Positions 10,983 through 20,570 of a stretch of 64,000 nucleotides of DNA are shown one piece after another. Both the position numbers and the translations under genes were made by a program. The notes under the pieces are model-generated. The model was given only the letters and a program-made list of their open reading frames with translations. It did no database searches and had not been told where the DNA came from. The DNA lies in assembly GCA_963793865.1 (NCBI GenBank), contig CAWCBP010000011.1:96001-160000 (forward strand), written 5' to 3'. Within the stretch, counting starts at the first letter, position 1. Each line of letters opens with the position of its first letter. Source of the stretch: an uncultured delta proteobacterium (GTDB lineage Bacteria; Desulfobacterota; WTBG01).

Positions 10983-11975
10983 GTGATTGTGTCTAAACAG
11001 AGAGTGCTGAGCGGAATGCGGCCCACGGGCAAACTGCATCTGGGCCATTTGCATGGGACGCTCGACAACTGGGTGAAGCTGCAGGACAACTATGACTGTT
11101 TTTTCTTCATTGCCGACTGGCATGCCCTGACCAGCGAGTATGAAAATACCGGGGTGATCAGGGAAAGCATTCCCGGGATGGTCATTGACTGGCTCAGCGC
11201 GGGCATTGACCCGGAGAAGAGCACCCTGTTTATTCAAAGCAGGCTCCTGGAGCACGCCGAACTGCATCTCCTGCTTTCAATGATTGTGCCTCTTCCCTGG
11301 CTGGAGAGAAACCCGACCTACAAGGAGCAGCAGGACGAGCTGGCGGGCAGGGACCTCACCACCTACGGCTTTCTCGGCTATCCGGTTCTGCAGGCCGCGG
11401 ACATCATAATGTACAAGGCCAACAAGGTGCCGGTGGGCAAGGATCAGGTTCCCCACCTCGAACTCACGCGGGAAATCGTGCGCCGATTCAATTATCTCTA
11501 CGGCGAGGTTTTCCCGGAGCCGGAACAGATTCTCACCGAAATGTCCAAGGTGCTGGGGATTGACCGGCGCAAGATGAGCAAATCATACAACAATGCCATC
11601 TATCTCTCTGATGAGCCGGATGTGATCAGGCAGAAGGTCTCACAAATGATTACCGATCCCCAGCGGATGCGCAGAAATGATCCGGGGAATCCGGAGATTT
11701 GCAATGTTTTTTCCTTTCACAACCTCTACAGCCCGGCTGACCTCATCAGCTCGGTTGACCGGGAATGCAGAAGGGCAGGCATCGGGTGCGTTGAATGCAA
11801 GGGAAAGATGGTGGAAAACCTCATTGCCTTCCTGACCCCTTTCAGGGAAAAGAGGGCCTACTACCTCTCACACGCTTCCAGGGTCAATGAGATACTGGAG
11901 GAAGGCATCAGCAGGGCCAGGCTGACCGCCGCCCGGACCATGGATGAGGTGCGGGAGGCAGTCAAGATTAAATAG
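10983..11975 (+). CDS. trpS: Tryptophan--tRNA ligase
   Basis: SGMRPTGKLHLGH, YPVLQAADI, VPVGKDQ, KMSKS. Confidence 0.97.
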   Translation: MIVSKQRVLSGMRPTGKLHLGHLHGTLDNWVKLQDNYDCFFFIADWHALTSEYENTGVIRESIPGMVIDWLSAGIDPEKSTLFIQSRLLEHAELHLLLSMIVPLPWLERNPTYKEQQDELAGRDLTTYGFLGYPVLQAADIIMYKANKVPVGKDQVPHLELTREIVRRFNYLYGEVFPEPEQILTEMSKVLGIDRRKMSKSYNNAIYLSDEPDVIRQKVSQMITDPQRMRRNDPGNPEICNVFSFHNLYSPADLISSVDRECRRAGIGCVECKGKMVENLIAFLTPFREKRAYYLSHASRVNEILEEGISRARLTAARTMDEVREAVKIK

Positions 11976-12022
11976 AGAGGCGTTGCAGCGTTTTCATGTA
12001 GCCGCACTCTGAGATATTTGAA

Positions 12023-12221
12023 CGGGTTTCAAGCTTTGATTCTATCAATGAACGACATGTTTAAAAAATAAGATAGTCGTATGCGAGATGTCCCGCTTGG
12101 GCGGGACGACGAAGCAATCTCTGTTTAGCACAATGCAAGCAATCTCATTAGATTGCTACGTCGCTTGCGCTCCTCGCAATGACCATGTGGTTTGGTCGTT
12201 TACCGTAGAGTTATCAAACCC
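12023..12221. repeat. Nested palindromic intergenic element with TGCGAG..GAAGCAATCT / AGATTGC..CTCGCAATGAC core
   Basis: Core 12076-12183; outer inverted matches cgggttt/aaacccg and aacgac/gtcgtt. Confidence 0.6.
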
Positions 12222-12306
12222 GAGAGTATATACTCTTAGATTTGCACAGTATCAAGAATCTTAAAGACACAACTGATAATATTTTACTCCTCCGGTGAAA
12301 CCGCCA

Positions 12307-13056
12307 ATGCAGTACCAGGTAAAGCTTGATATTTTTGAAGGGCCGCTGGATCTTCTCCTCTACCTCATCAAGAAAAACGAGGTGGATATTTACGATATTC
12401 CCATGGCCCTCATTACCGGCCAGTATCTTGAATACCTGGAGCTGATGAAGGAGCTCAACCTGGACATTGCCGGCGAGTTCCTGGTCATGGCATCGACGCT
12501 CATCAAGATCAAGTCACAGATGCTGCTGCCTCCCGTGGAGGGCGAAGGGGAGGGTGAGGATGAGACGGATCCCCGGGCGGAACTGATGGAACACCTGCTT
12601 GAGTATCAGCGCTATAAGGAGGCCGCCCATCAGCTGGTCACCAGGGAATTGCTTGAAAAGGACATCTTTAAGCGGCCTCAGACAGAAGATCCCGGCGAGG
12701 TAAAAGTCGATGGAGACATGCTGATAGAAGCGAGCCTGTTTGACCTGGTCGATGCCCTGAGAAAGGTGATCGAAAGAAAGGACCTCCCCGAAAACATCAT
12801 GGGGGTGGCGGTTGAAAAAATGACCGTGCGGGACAAGATCGTTTCCATTCTGCAGCAGCTCAGGGAAACGCCGCAGCTTGTTTTTCAATCCCTCTTTGAT
12901 CCCCTGGTAACCAGATACGAAATTGTTGTTGCCTTCCTGGCAGTGCTGGAGCTGATACGGCTGCGGGCAATCCGGGTTTTCCAGGTGCAGCCCTATGGTG
13001 AAATACGCATTGTCGCCCTGGCCGGCCAGGTGCCACTCGATGATATCAGTTCATGA
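12307..13056 (+). CDS. scpA: Segregation and condensation protein A
   Basis: FEGPLDLLLYLI, EFLVMASTLIKIKS, FLAVLEL. Confidence 0.95.
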   Translation: MQYQVKLDIFEGPLDLLLYLIKKNEVDIYDIPMALITGQYLEYLELMKELNLDIAGEFLVMASTLIKIKSQMLLPPVEGEGEGEDETDPRAELMEHLLEYQRYKEAAHQLVTRELLEKDIFKRPQTEDPGEVKVDGDMLIEASLFDLVDALRKVIERKDLPENIMGVAVEKMTVRDKIVSILQQLRETPQLVFQSLFDPLVTRYEIVVAFLAVLELIRLRAIRVFQVQPYGEIRIVALAGQVPLDDISS

Positions 13057-13114
13057 AAGTGAAGATACACATTCCCGCAGGCCGGAAGGCCATGAGCAAT
13101 AAGAAGGAGCGGCT

Positions 13115-13783
13115 TTGGAAGAGGATAGCAGGGTAGAACAGACGGTAATACCAACTGAAAACGCGGAACAGGCGGCAGAGCAAACTGCTGAGCAAGCAGC
13201 ACAAACGGCCGATGCAACCGATCCGGGTAAAGAGCGGTTAAAATGCATCATCGAGTGCCTGATTTTTGCCTCTGATATCCCGCTCACCATAGACAGGATA
13301 AAGCAGGTTCTGGAAGATCTGGCGCCCAGGCAGATCAGAGGGCTGGTTGAAGAGCTGATCGAGGACTACCGGACGAGCCCGCGGGGGATTTATATCAGGG
13401 AAGTTGCCCACGGCTTCCAGTTCTGTACCAGGCCTGAGTATGCATCTTTGGTGCATCAGCTGAGAAAATCGAAGCCGTATCATCTTACCCAGCCCACCCT
13501 GGAGACGCTGGCGATTATCGCCTACAAGCAGCCGGTCACCAAGGCCGAGATCGAGCTGGTGCGGGGGGTTGATTGCGCCGGGGTGGTAAAGTCGCTGATG
13601 GATAAAAACCTGGTTGCCATCCAGGGCAGAAAAGAGGTCATCGGCAGGCCCTTCCTCTATGCCACGACACAGAAATTTCTTGAAGTCTTCGGGCTGGAAA
13701 CGCTCGCAAGTTTGCCGACCATAGAAGAAATAAAGCAGCTCGGTGATGCCGCTCTCCCGGTTGCTGAAGAGGATACCCAATAG
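13115..13783 (+). CDS. scpB: Segregation and condensation protein B
   Basis: IECLIFAS, LETLAIIAYKQPVT, GRPFLYATT..FL..FGL. Confidence 0.95.
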   Translation: MEEDSRVEQTVIPTENAEQAAEQTAEQAAQTADATDPGKERLKCIIECLIFASDIPLTIDRIKQVLEDLAPRQIRGLVEELIEDYRTSPRGIYIREVAHGFQFCTRPEYASLVHQLRKSKPYHLTQPTLETLAIIAYKQPVTKAEIELVRGVDCAGVVKSLMDKNLVAIQGRKEVIGRPFLYATTQKFLEVFGLETLASLPTIEEIKQLGDAALPVAEEDTQ

Positions 13784-13794
13784 CTCCTATTGCC

Positions 13795-14523
13795 ATGCAG
13801 GAAAGACTGCAAAAAGTGATTGCCCGGGCGGGCATAGCCTCCAGAAGGGATGCCGAGCGCCTCATAAGGGAAGGGCGGGTAACGGTAAACCGGAGCACCG
13901 TCACTGAACTGGGCACGAAGGTTGATCCCGCGAGTGATGTGATCGCGGTTGACGGGAAAAAGCTTGCCGGCCCGCCGGCTCATCTCTACATCCTGCTGCA
14001 TAAGCCTCACGGGTATGTTTCCACCCTGCGCGATCCCGAGAAGCGGCCCATTATCCTGGATTTGCTCCGCGGCGTCAAGGCCAGGGTTTTCCCGGTGGGA
14101 AGACTGGACTATGACGCGGAAGGTCTTCTGCTGCTGACCAATGATGGTCCGCTGACCCACAGGCTGCATCATCCCCGCTACGGCATCAAGCGTACCTACG
14201 AGGTCAAGGTAAAGGGCGTTCCCTCTGAAGAGGCGCTGGACCATTTGCGCAAGGGCATACCGCTTGAGGACGGCATGACCCATCCCGCGCGCGTCGGGTT
14301 CCTGCGCAGTTCCATCAACAACAGCTGGATACGGATAACGCTCGGTGAAGGAAGGAACAGGCAGGTAAAGCGCATGTGCGCCTTCGTCGGCCACCCGGCC
14401 ATTAAAATAAAACGGGTGAGCTTTGGCTCCCTGAGGCTGGGCACGCTGGAGCCCGGCCGGCACCGGTATCTGACCAGGGAGGAAGTAAAGGAACTGTATA
14501 AGCTGGTTGCATTGAATACGTAA
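13795..14523 (+). CDS. rluB: rRNA pseudouridine synthase with S4 domain (RluB/RsuA family)
   Basis: ERLQKVIARAGIASRR, VGRLDYD, EGRNRQVKRM; follows scpAB. Confidence 0.88.
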   Translation: MQERLQKVIARAGIASRRDAERLIREGRVTVNRSTVTELGTKVDPASDVIAVDGKKLAGPPAHLYILLHKPHGYVSTLRDPEKRPIILDLLRGVKARVFPVGRLDYDAEGLLLLTNDGPLTHRLHHPRYGIKRTYEVKVKGVPSEEALDHLRKGIPLEDGMTHPARVGFLRSSINNSWIRITLGEGRNRQVKRMCAFVGHPAIKIKRVSFGSLRLGTLEPGRHRYLTREEVKELYKLVALNT

Positions 14524-14535
14524 GGAGGTTGACCG

Positions 14536-15387
14536 ATGCTCACCGCAGAAGGACTGAAAAAAGAACTGGCGGATTTGGAGAAGCGATACGTTGATCACCT
14601 GATCAAGCGTTTCGGCACGTGGGAGGTCTGGGCCGAGGCCTCGCAGAAAGTGGCCGATGGGAAGGAGGTCGGGGAGGACGAGGTCCCCGAGGCGTTTCGC
14701 GCGGAATTGAAAATGATGAAGGTGATTCTGGAGATGGAGGCGCTGGGTAAGTTTGACTGGAACAACCCCCGGCTGCGCGAGATCTTCGGTGAGATTGCCA
14801 GGGAGGAGTTTTACACCTTTTTCGGTGAAATGATCACCTCCATAGCCCTGCGCGTGGCACGGGAGGCAGGCGTCAAGACCTTTCTGGAAATCGGCGCAGG
14901 CAGGGCCAATTTGACGAAAATCATGCTGGAGCAGATGAGCAAGGCTGATGTAAATCTGCCCCTGGTGGTGACCGACGCGCAGCCGGTTGTGCTTGAGAAT
15001 GTGGGGCAGCTTAAAAGCAGCCATCCCCGGGCGGACGTCAGGACTGCCTTATGGAACATCATGGAGCCGCCCCCGGCCCAGCTGCTTGAGCAGCTCACCG
15101 GCCCGACACTGCTCTATGAGCGGTACACGCTGAACTACGCCGCCCTGAAGGCATTTGAGAATATTGCCCGGGTGGCGGACATCCTGATCCTGGGCGACTG
15201 GTTTAACCGTACCGGCAGGCTGTATGCCTACGATGAAGTCTTTAAAAGGATAGGGTCCCAGCCGCTCTTTTTCAAGGACGTGGAACCCCTGCTTGACAGG
15301 TATTTCCCCCATCGGTTAATCTTTGACCAGCGGGCCCAGGATGCCATCAAGCTTCCCAACATAACCATGCTCATTGCGTGGAAATAG
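14536..15387 (+). CDS. Hypothetical class I SAM-dependent methyltransferase-like protein
   Basis: FLEIGAGRA glycine-rich motif I followed by VVTD; strong TAAGGAGG RBS. Confidence 0.55.
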   Translation: MLTAEGLKKELADLEKRYVDHLIKRFGTWEVWAEASQKVADGKEVGEDEVPEAFRAELKMMKVILEMEALGKFDWNNPRLREIFGEIAREEFYTFFGEMITSIALRVAREAGVKTFLEIGAGRANLTKIMLEQMSKADVNLPLVVTDAQPVVLENVGQLKSSHPRADVRTALWNIMEPPPAQLLEQLTGPTLLYERYTLNYAALKAFENIARVADILILGDWFNRTGRLYAYDEVFKRIGSQPLFFKDVEPLLDRYFPHRLIFDQRAQDAIKLPNITMLIAWK

Positions 15388-15432
15388 TCCCGCGAAGGGG
15401 ACAAACCAATACCCTCTGATGTGTATCCGGTA

Positions 15433-16167
15433 ATGGACAAAAAGGAAGGAGAAAGCTATTTCATCGCCGACGTTCACCTGGAAAGGGATGAGCTGAAGAA
15501 GCGGATGCTGTTTCTCTCCTTTCTGGAGATGGTGGGCGCGGGAGGCGCCGACCTCTATATCCTCGGGGACCTCTTTGATTACTGGGCCAACAACCGGCAG
15601 GTGATAAAGGATCACCGCGAGGTGCTGGACGCCCTGCTTGAGCTGTGCGGCAAGGGCTCGAAGGTTTTCTTTCTTATCGGCAACCGCGACCTCCTCCTGG
15701 GGAAGAAAGTGCTCTCCCGCCATGGTGTCCATTTTCTGGGCGAGCGCACGACGCTTAAACTCCAGGGCAGGCGCCTCATGATAACCCACGGGCACCTTCT
15801 TTTAACCAATGATGCGCACTTCCAGCGATACCGGAGGACCGCTTGGCCCATCTATCGGATGCTCGACGCAGTCCTCCCTGGATGGATTGAAGACAGGCTC
15901 GCCCGGCGATTCATGCGCAGAAGTAAACAGGTGATTGAAGCCCAGGACCCCTGGAGATTCCAATTCCCCGATGAGACCATCAGAAAGACCTTTGCGGAGG
16001 GTGCCGACATGATTGTTTGCGGGCATACCCATTCCCCGCTGGTGAGGGAGTACGACGGAAGGAACACCTTTGTCGTGCTTCCCTGCTGGACCGCGGAAAA
16101 AGGGGGATACCTCCGCCTGAAGGACGGGCTTTATGAGGTGAGAGACTTTTTTGCCCATGCAAAATGA
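15433..16167 (+). CDS. lpxH: UDP-2,3-diacylglucosamine diphosphatase (calcineurin-like)
   Basis: ADVHL, LGDLFDYW, GNRD, THG, CGHTH. Confidence 0.82.
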   Translation: MDKKEGESYFIADVHLERDELKKRMLFLSFLEMVGAGGADLYILGDLFDYWANNRQVIKDHREVLDALLELCGKGSKVFFLIGNRDLLLGKKVLSRHGVHFLGERTTLKLQGRRLMITHGHLLLTNDAHFQRYRRTAWPIYRMLDAVLPGWIEDRLARRFMRRSKQVIEAQDPWRFQFPDETIRKTFAEGADMIVCGHTHSPLVREYDGRNTFVVLPCWTAEKGGYLRLKDGLYEVRDFFAHAK

Positions 16168-16239
16168 TGCTCAGCGCTTAAACTCGCGGTAAGCAGGACC
16201 GCGGACGGCACGCAGGCGCTCTATCATGGTAGAGGATGG

Positions 16240-16674
16240 ATGGCACGAGAAAAGCACTGCCGGGGATTTGCCTACCATTATGATCTGGGTTCAGTGAAGG
16301 TGGGCCGCCCCGTGCCCAAATCGACGGGCAAGGCTGCCCGGGTGTGGCTTGAGTACCTCGGGCTGTCCCGGATGCAGCTCATGCTCATCGGCCGTGAAAC
16401 CCACGATCCCCTGAGTTCAGGCAGCGGCTCAGCGCTCTTCAAGGGTGAAGAGATGCTGCCCCCCGGTGATGTTAAGAGAGTCATACACCGGGACTTTGAC
16501 TGCATCTGTATTATTATAGAAAATGACGTGGAAGGGAAATTGTTTAAAAAGCGGGACCGTCTGGCACGGGTTGTACTTCGAGAGCTGGTGCATGTTGCGC
16601 GCCCTGAGACAAGGGGCAATCCTGAAAGCTGTCTCAAAATGGTTGAGGATATTTTAGCGCGAACCGGGAGGTGA
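16240..16674 (+). CDS. Hypothetical protein
   Basis: Fits between neighbours with RBS-like GAGG; RELVH resembles a degenerate HExxH. Confidence 0.55.
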   Translation: MAREKHCRGFAYHYDLGSVKVGRPVPKSTGKAARVWLEYLGLSRMQLMLIGRETHDPLSSGSGSALFKGEEMLPPGDVKRVIHRDFDCICIIIENDVEGKLFKKRDRLARVVLRELVHVARPETRGNPESCLKMVEDILARTGR

Positions 16675-16677
16675 GGC

Positions 16678-17676
16678 ATGATGATGCATGAAGAATCGTG
16701 GAATGCCGAGAAGCTGTTAAGAACTTCGGGATCATACTGGGAAGCATGTACGCTGCACACGGCCGTGGCCATGGGGATTTTCAGCCTTCTGGGCAACGAG
16801 TATCTTGAGGCCGAAGATCTTGCGCAAAAAACCAATTCCAGCACGCGGGCCTTGAGCATGCTCCTCAATGCCCTGGCCGCCATGGGCTTGCTGATCAAGA
16901 CGGGTGAACGTTATGCCAATACCGCTGCCGCCAACACCTTTCTCAACAAGTCATCCCCGCACTACTGCGGCTATCTGATCGGCCACCACGAGCAGGCAGT
17001 GAAGGCCTGGGCCGATTTAGAACAGGCTGTGCGAAGCGGGAAGCCCCTGAAGCAGCAGCCGTACAATGAGGATGAGGAGCGTGAGAGTTTTTTGATGGGC
17101 ATGCATAACCTTGCCATGGCCATTGCCCCCGCCCTCTCGCAGCAGGTGGACCTCCGGGGCAGAAAGCACCTGATTGATGTGGGCGGCGGTCCCGGAACCT
17201 ACGCGATTTTTTTCTGCCTCGCCAATCCCCGTCTTAAGGCAACTGTCTTTGACCTTGAAGCCACCTCTCCCTTCGCCCTGCGCACCATAGAGCAGTTCGG
17301 GCTGCCGAACCGCATTGATTTCATGGCCGGTGATTACCTCCGGGAAGACATCCGCGGCTCCTATGATGTTGCCATGCTTTCTCACATTTTGCACGCGGAG
17401 GGGCCTGACACCTGCCAGGAGATTATTGAAAGAACCATGAAGGTGCTGGAGCCGGGCGGTCTGATTCTGGTCCATGAATTTATTCTCGGTGACACCCTTG
17501 ATCAGCCCCTTTTCCCGGCGCTGTTTTCGCTCAACATGCTGATCAATACCCCCGAGGGGCAGAGCTATTCAGAATCCCAGATTACGCAGATGTTAAGCGA
17601 TGCCGGTGTCAGGGATGTCACCAGATTGCTGTTCCGCGGCCCCAATGACTCGGGGGTGATTGCCGGGACGGTGTAA
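16678..17676 (+). CDS. SAM-dependent O-methyltransferase (Methyltransf_2 with dimerisation domain)
   Basis: LIDVGGGPG, ATVFDL, AGDY, LSHILH, LEPGG. Confidence 0.9.
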   Translation: MMMHEESWNAEKLLRTSGSYWEACTLHTAVAMGIFSLLGNEYLEAEDLAQKTNSSTRALSMLLNALAAMGLLIKTGERYANTAAANTFLNKSSPHYCGYLIGHHEQAVKAWADLEQAVRSGKPLKQQPYNEDEERESFLMGMHNLAMAIAPALSQQVDLRGRKHLIDVGGGPGTYAIFFCLANPRLKATVFDLEATSPFALRTIEQFGLPNRIDFMAGDYLREDIRGSYDVAMLSHILHAEGPDTCQEIIERTMKVLEPGGLILVHEFILGDTLDQPLFPALFSLNMLINTPEGQSYSESQITQMLSDAGVRDVTRLLFRGPNDSGVIAGTV

Positions 17677-17678
17677 GA

Positions 17679-17894
17679 GGGATCTGGGATGTGCGATGTG
17701 GGATATGGGACGAAAAACCGGTAGGAGCGGCTTTAGCCGCGACCGTGTTGCGAGTAAGATGTTGTGGGATATGCAAGGTATTAGATCTGTGATGAGTGAG
17801 CCAGGTGTCTTTATCGCATATCACAGATCTCACATCACATATCCATCTTTCCACAACGCATATCCCACATCACAGATCGCACATCTCATATCTT
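17679..17894. repeat. Inverted arrays of 7-bp repeats (GGGATGT/ACATCCC-like) enclosing a single REP at 17721-17742
   Basis: gggatct gggatgt gcgatgt gggatat ... cgcatat cccacat cacagat cgcacat ctcatat. Confidence 0.8.
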
Positions 17895-17919
17895 AACCTA
17901 GGGGAAAGGAACTAGGCTC

Positions 17920-18657
17920 ATGACAACAAACATCGAGCAGGTAAATATTGCCGATCTCATCGTGGAAAAGCTGAGAGAGGGGTTTGGCGATTTGAAAGCA
18001 GTGCCTTCCAAGATGCCGGCCATGGACCGCATGGGTGAGACCACCTGGTACGATCCGGGCGATGCCGCCCGGGCACCGTTCCAGTCCATGAGGGTGCAGG
18101 TTATCCGCGATGTGGAAATCAGGAACTTTTACGATCGGTCACAGCTCGACATGTCCAATTCCTTTATCATTACGGTTATGCCGGACCCGTCGGTTCCCCT
18201 TCCGCTCTACGCGGCTGATGTGGACGTGCACAAGGGTAAATATGTCCACATTATTACCGATCTCATTCCGCTCTCACAGGACATGGCATACCGGCGTAAG
18301 TATGAGACCCCGGTTGGAAAGCTGCGGGAGAAATATCGGGACCTGCCGGGGTTGATCAACCATATCACCGATGATGTGCACAAAATATATCCGGCATTGC
18401 GGGAGTTTGAAACCTTTAATTCGGCGGGCAGGATTTTCGGCAATGTGCCGGTCGACCAGGGCGCTCTCATTATAAGCCTGCTCACCGACTACGCGGGCCT
18501 CTTCAGCTCCTTCGTCAAGGAGAGCAGGGCATGCGAAGTGCTCAAGCGGGATGATGTCAGGAAGGAGGCCGAGGATACCCTGAGGCGCTTCATGATGATG
18601 ATGTCGCGGTTTGACTTCAGCGAGGACATGCCCAAGCAACCGAAGCGCACCGCGTAG
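17920..18657 (+). CDS. Ferredoxin-dependent bilin reductase (PcyA/PebA/PebB/RCCR)-like protein
   Basis: VMPDPSVPLPLYAADVD..HIITDLIPLSQDMAYRRKY resembles the PebB-type core FP..xYDLPFFGADLV..ALDxQP...Y..KY. Confidence 0.65.
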   Translation: MTTNIEQVNIADLIVEKLREGFGDLKAVPSKMPAMDRMGETTWYDPGDAARAPFQSMRVQVIRDVEIRNFYDRSQLDMSNSFIITVMPDPSVPLPLYAADVDVHKGKYVHIITDLIPLSQDMAYRRKYETPVGKLREKYRDLPGLINHITDDVHKIYPALREFETFNSAGRIFGNVPVDQGALIISLLTDYAGLFSSFVKESRACEVLKRDDVRKEAEDTLRRFMMMMSRFDFSEDMPKQPKRTA

Positions 18658-18670
18658 AGCACGTCAGGCG

Positions 18671-19513
18671 ATGAAAAAAGCCGTTTCAAGGGAAAAGGGT
18701 GTAAAGCCGCCTGACCTGCGCTCATTTAAGAGGCTGATATACGATTACTACCGGAAGCACGGCCGCTCGCTGCCCTGGCGAGATACAAGGAATCCCTACC
18801 ATATTCTTGTTTCAGAGCTGATGCTGCAGCAGACCCAGGTTAACAGGGTTATCGAAAAGTACCGGGAGTTCACCGCCCGGTTTCCCGATGCCGCGGCACT
18901 GGCCAATGCCCCTCTCCGCTCAATCCTCAAGCTGTGGCAGGGCCTCGGTTATAACCGGCGGGCGCTGGCGCTGAAGCAGATTGCCCTGGCGGTGGTCTCG
19001 CAGCACAGGGGAAAGGTACCCGCCTCGTTTGATGACCTGCTCAAACTCCCCGGCGTGGGAAAAGCCACCGCTTCCGCGATTCTGGCCTTTGCCTTCAACC
19101 AGCCGGTTGTCTTTATCGAGACCAATATTCGCACCGTCTTCATCCATTTCTTCTTCCCCGGGCAGGACGAGGTCAGCGACGAAGAGATTATTCCCCTGGT
19201 GACAAAAACGCTGGACGCCGCTAACCCGCGTGAGTGGTACTATGCGCTCATGGACTACGGGACATTCCTGAAGAAATCCATTGTCAACCCGGGCAGGAAA
19301 AGCAGGCATTACCAAAAGCAATCACCTTTTGACGGTTCAAACAGGCAGGTGAGGGGAAGGATTCTGCGCTACCTTACCAGGGAGCACAAGAGCACGCAGG
19401 AAGTACTGGCACAGCAACTGGGACTGGCTCCGGGCCGGGTGCACAGCGCTCTGCTTGAACTGGTGAAAGAAGGCATGATTACCCGAAAAGGCACGATGCT
19501 GAAAATAGGGTAG
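18671..19513 (+). CDS. mutY: A/G-specific adenine glycosylase (MutY-like, short form)
   Basis: LPWR, VSELMLQQTQV, WQGLGYNRR, LPGVG HhH; no Cys cluster. Confidence 0.82.
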   Translation: MKKAVSREKGVKPPDLRSFKRLIYDYYRKHGRSLPWRDTRNPYHILVSELMLQQTQVNRVIEKYREFTARFPDAAALANAPLRSILKLWQGLGYNRRALALKQIALAVVSQHRGKVPASFDDLLKLPGVGKATASAILAFAFNQPVVFIETNIRTVFIHFFFPGQDEVSDEEIIPLVTKTLDAANPREWYYALMDYGTFLKKSIVNPGRKSRHYQKQSPFDGSNRQVRGRILRYLTREHKSTQEVLAQQLGLAPGRVHSALLELVKEGMITRKGTMLKIG

Positions 19514-19530
19514 GGTGCTTGTACCATCTC

Positions 19531-19558
19531 GTAGGGGCGACCGGCCGGTCGCCCTTAC
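19531..19558. repeat. GTAG-type REP palindrome between convergent genes
   Basis: gtaggggcgaccggccggtcgcccttac. Confidence 0.7.
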
Positions 19559-19618
19559 AAGTCAGACGTTATGTTCGTGTTAAAGGGGGATGAGAATAAT
19601 GGAGAGACTTCTGCGGGT

Positions 19619-20169
19619 TTATTGAACGATGCTGATTTTCAGCTCTTCAAAGATCGTTTTCTTAATGAGGTCGCTTTTTGCCATTCTCAGCACATCCTTC
19701 AATTCCGAGCTGGCGCTGCGGGCAATCTCGTTTATCAGGCCGTCCATGTCATCGAGCGTTTTTTGGGGAAGAGAGGCCTCTCCTTTTTGAAGGCGCGGGA
19801 AACAACCGGAAGAAGGTCAGACAGGATTTTCCGGGCGTGGGCCCTGATATCATTGTCCGTCAGGAGGATAAGGGTAATTTCGGGCGAGTGAATGTAATAA
19901 AGCCTGGTGTAGTTTATTCCCCGCTCATTTTCTGCCAACACCCTGTCCCTGAACCGGGCAAAAATTTCCTGCTCATGGTCACTGCCTTCCAGGAGGAGAG
20001 AAACCGGGCATGAACCGGGTTCTTCGCCGGAGGTCGCGGTGCCGACGGTTTCAGTTTGCTCTGAGGGCGCTGTTGACGGCATGTCTGAAGCCAGACAATG
20101 CCCCACACTGAAAGAGAGAATGATAAAAAACAATGCCGTTATTTTCATTGAGCTGTGCGATGGAACCAT
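19619..20169 (-). CDS. Exported protein with CFI-box-CTERM-like domain; apparent frameshift near 19790
   Basis: Signal peptide; CPVS..RFRDRVL..G..YTRLYYIHSPE; alternative frame continues LQKGEASLPQKTLDDMDGLINE..SIVQ*. Confidence 0.55.
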
Positions 20170-20335
20170 TTCAAAACCCTTTTTAAAAAAATTGTTCACT
20201 CAAAAAGTATATATCGGTATTTTTTTGCTTATCTTAAACCAATCCTCTCAAGCAAGAAATTTTAAAATAGTAACGTATCAGTTGCGGAAACAATCTATAA
20301 CAATTCAAATTTATTAAAAATATTGAACAAACGTT

Positions 20336-20570
20336 TTACTTGTTGCGGTTAAAATCCTGAACAATCCTGACAATAGTTGCGGGATCATCAACCAGCCGGA
20401 ATATGGCAAGATCCGACTCGGAAATTTTTTTTGTTCCGGCCATGGTTTCCTTCATCCATGCGACCAGTCCCTTCCAAAAATCACTTCCGACCAGAATAAC
20501 CGGAAAACGGGAAGCCCGCCGGGTTTGAATGAGGGTAATGGATTCCATGAACTCGTCCACGGTGTCTATA
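20336..20570 (-). pseudogene. C-terminal fragment of LOG/TIGR00730 family protein
   Basis: TVDEFMESITLIQT..FPVILVGSDFWKGL; the PGGxGT motif and N-terminal half are absent. Confidence 0.7.

Noticed and set aside
17679..17894. Possible CRISPR array
   Set aside because: Units are degenerate 7-mers without unique spacers, and no cas genes are present.
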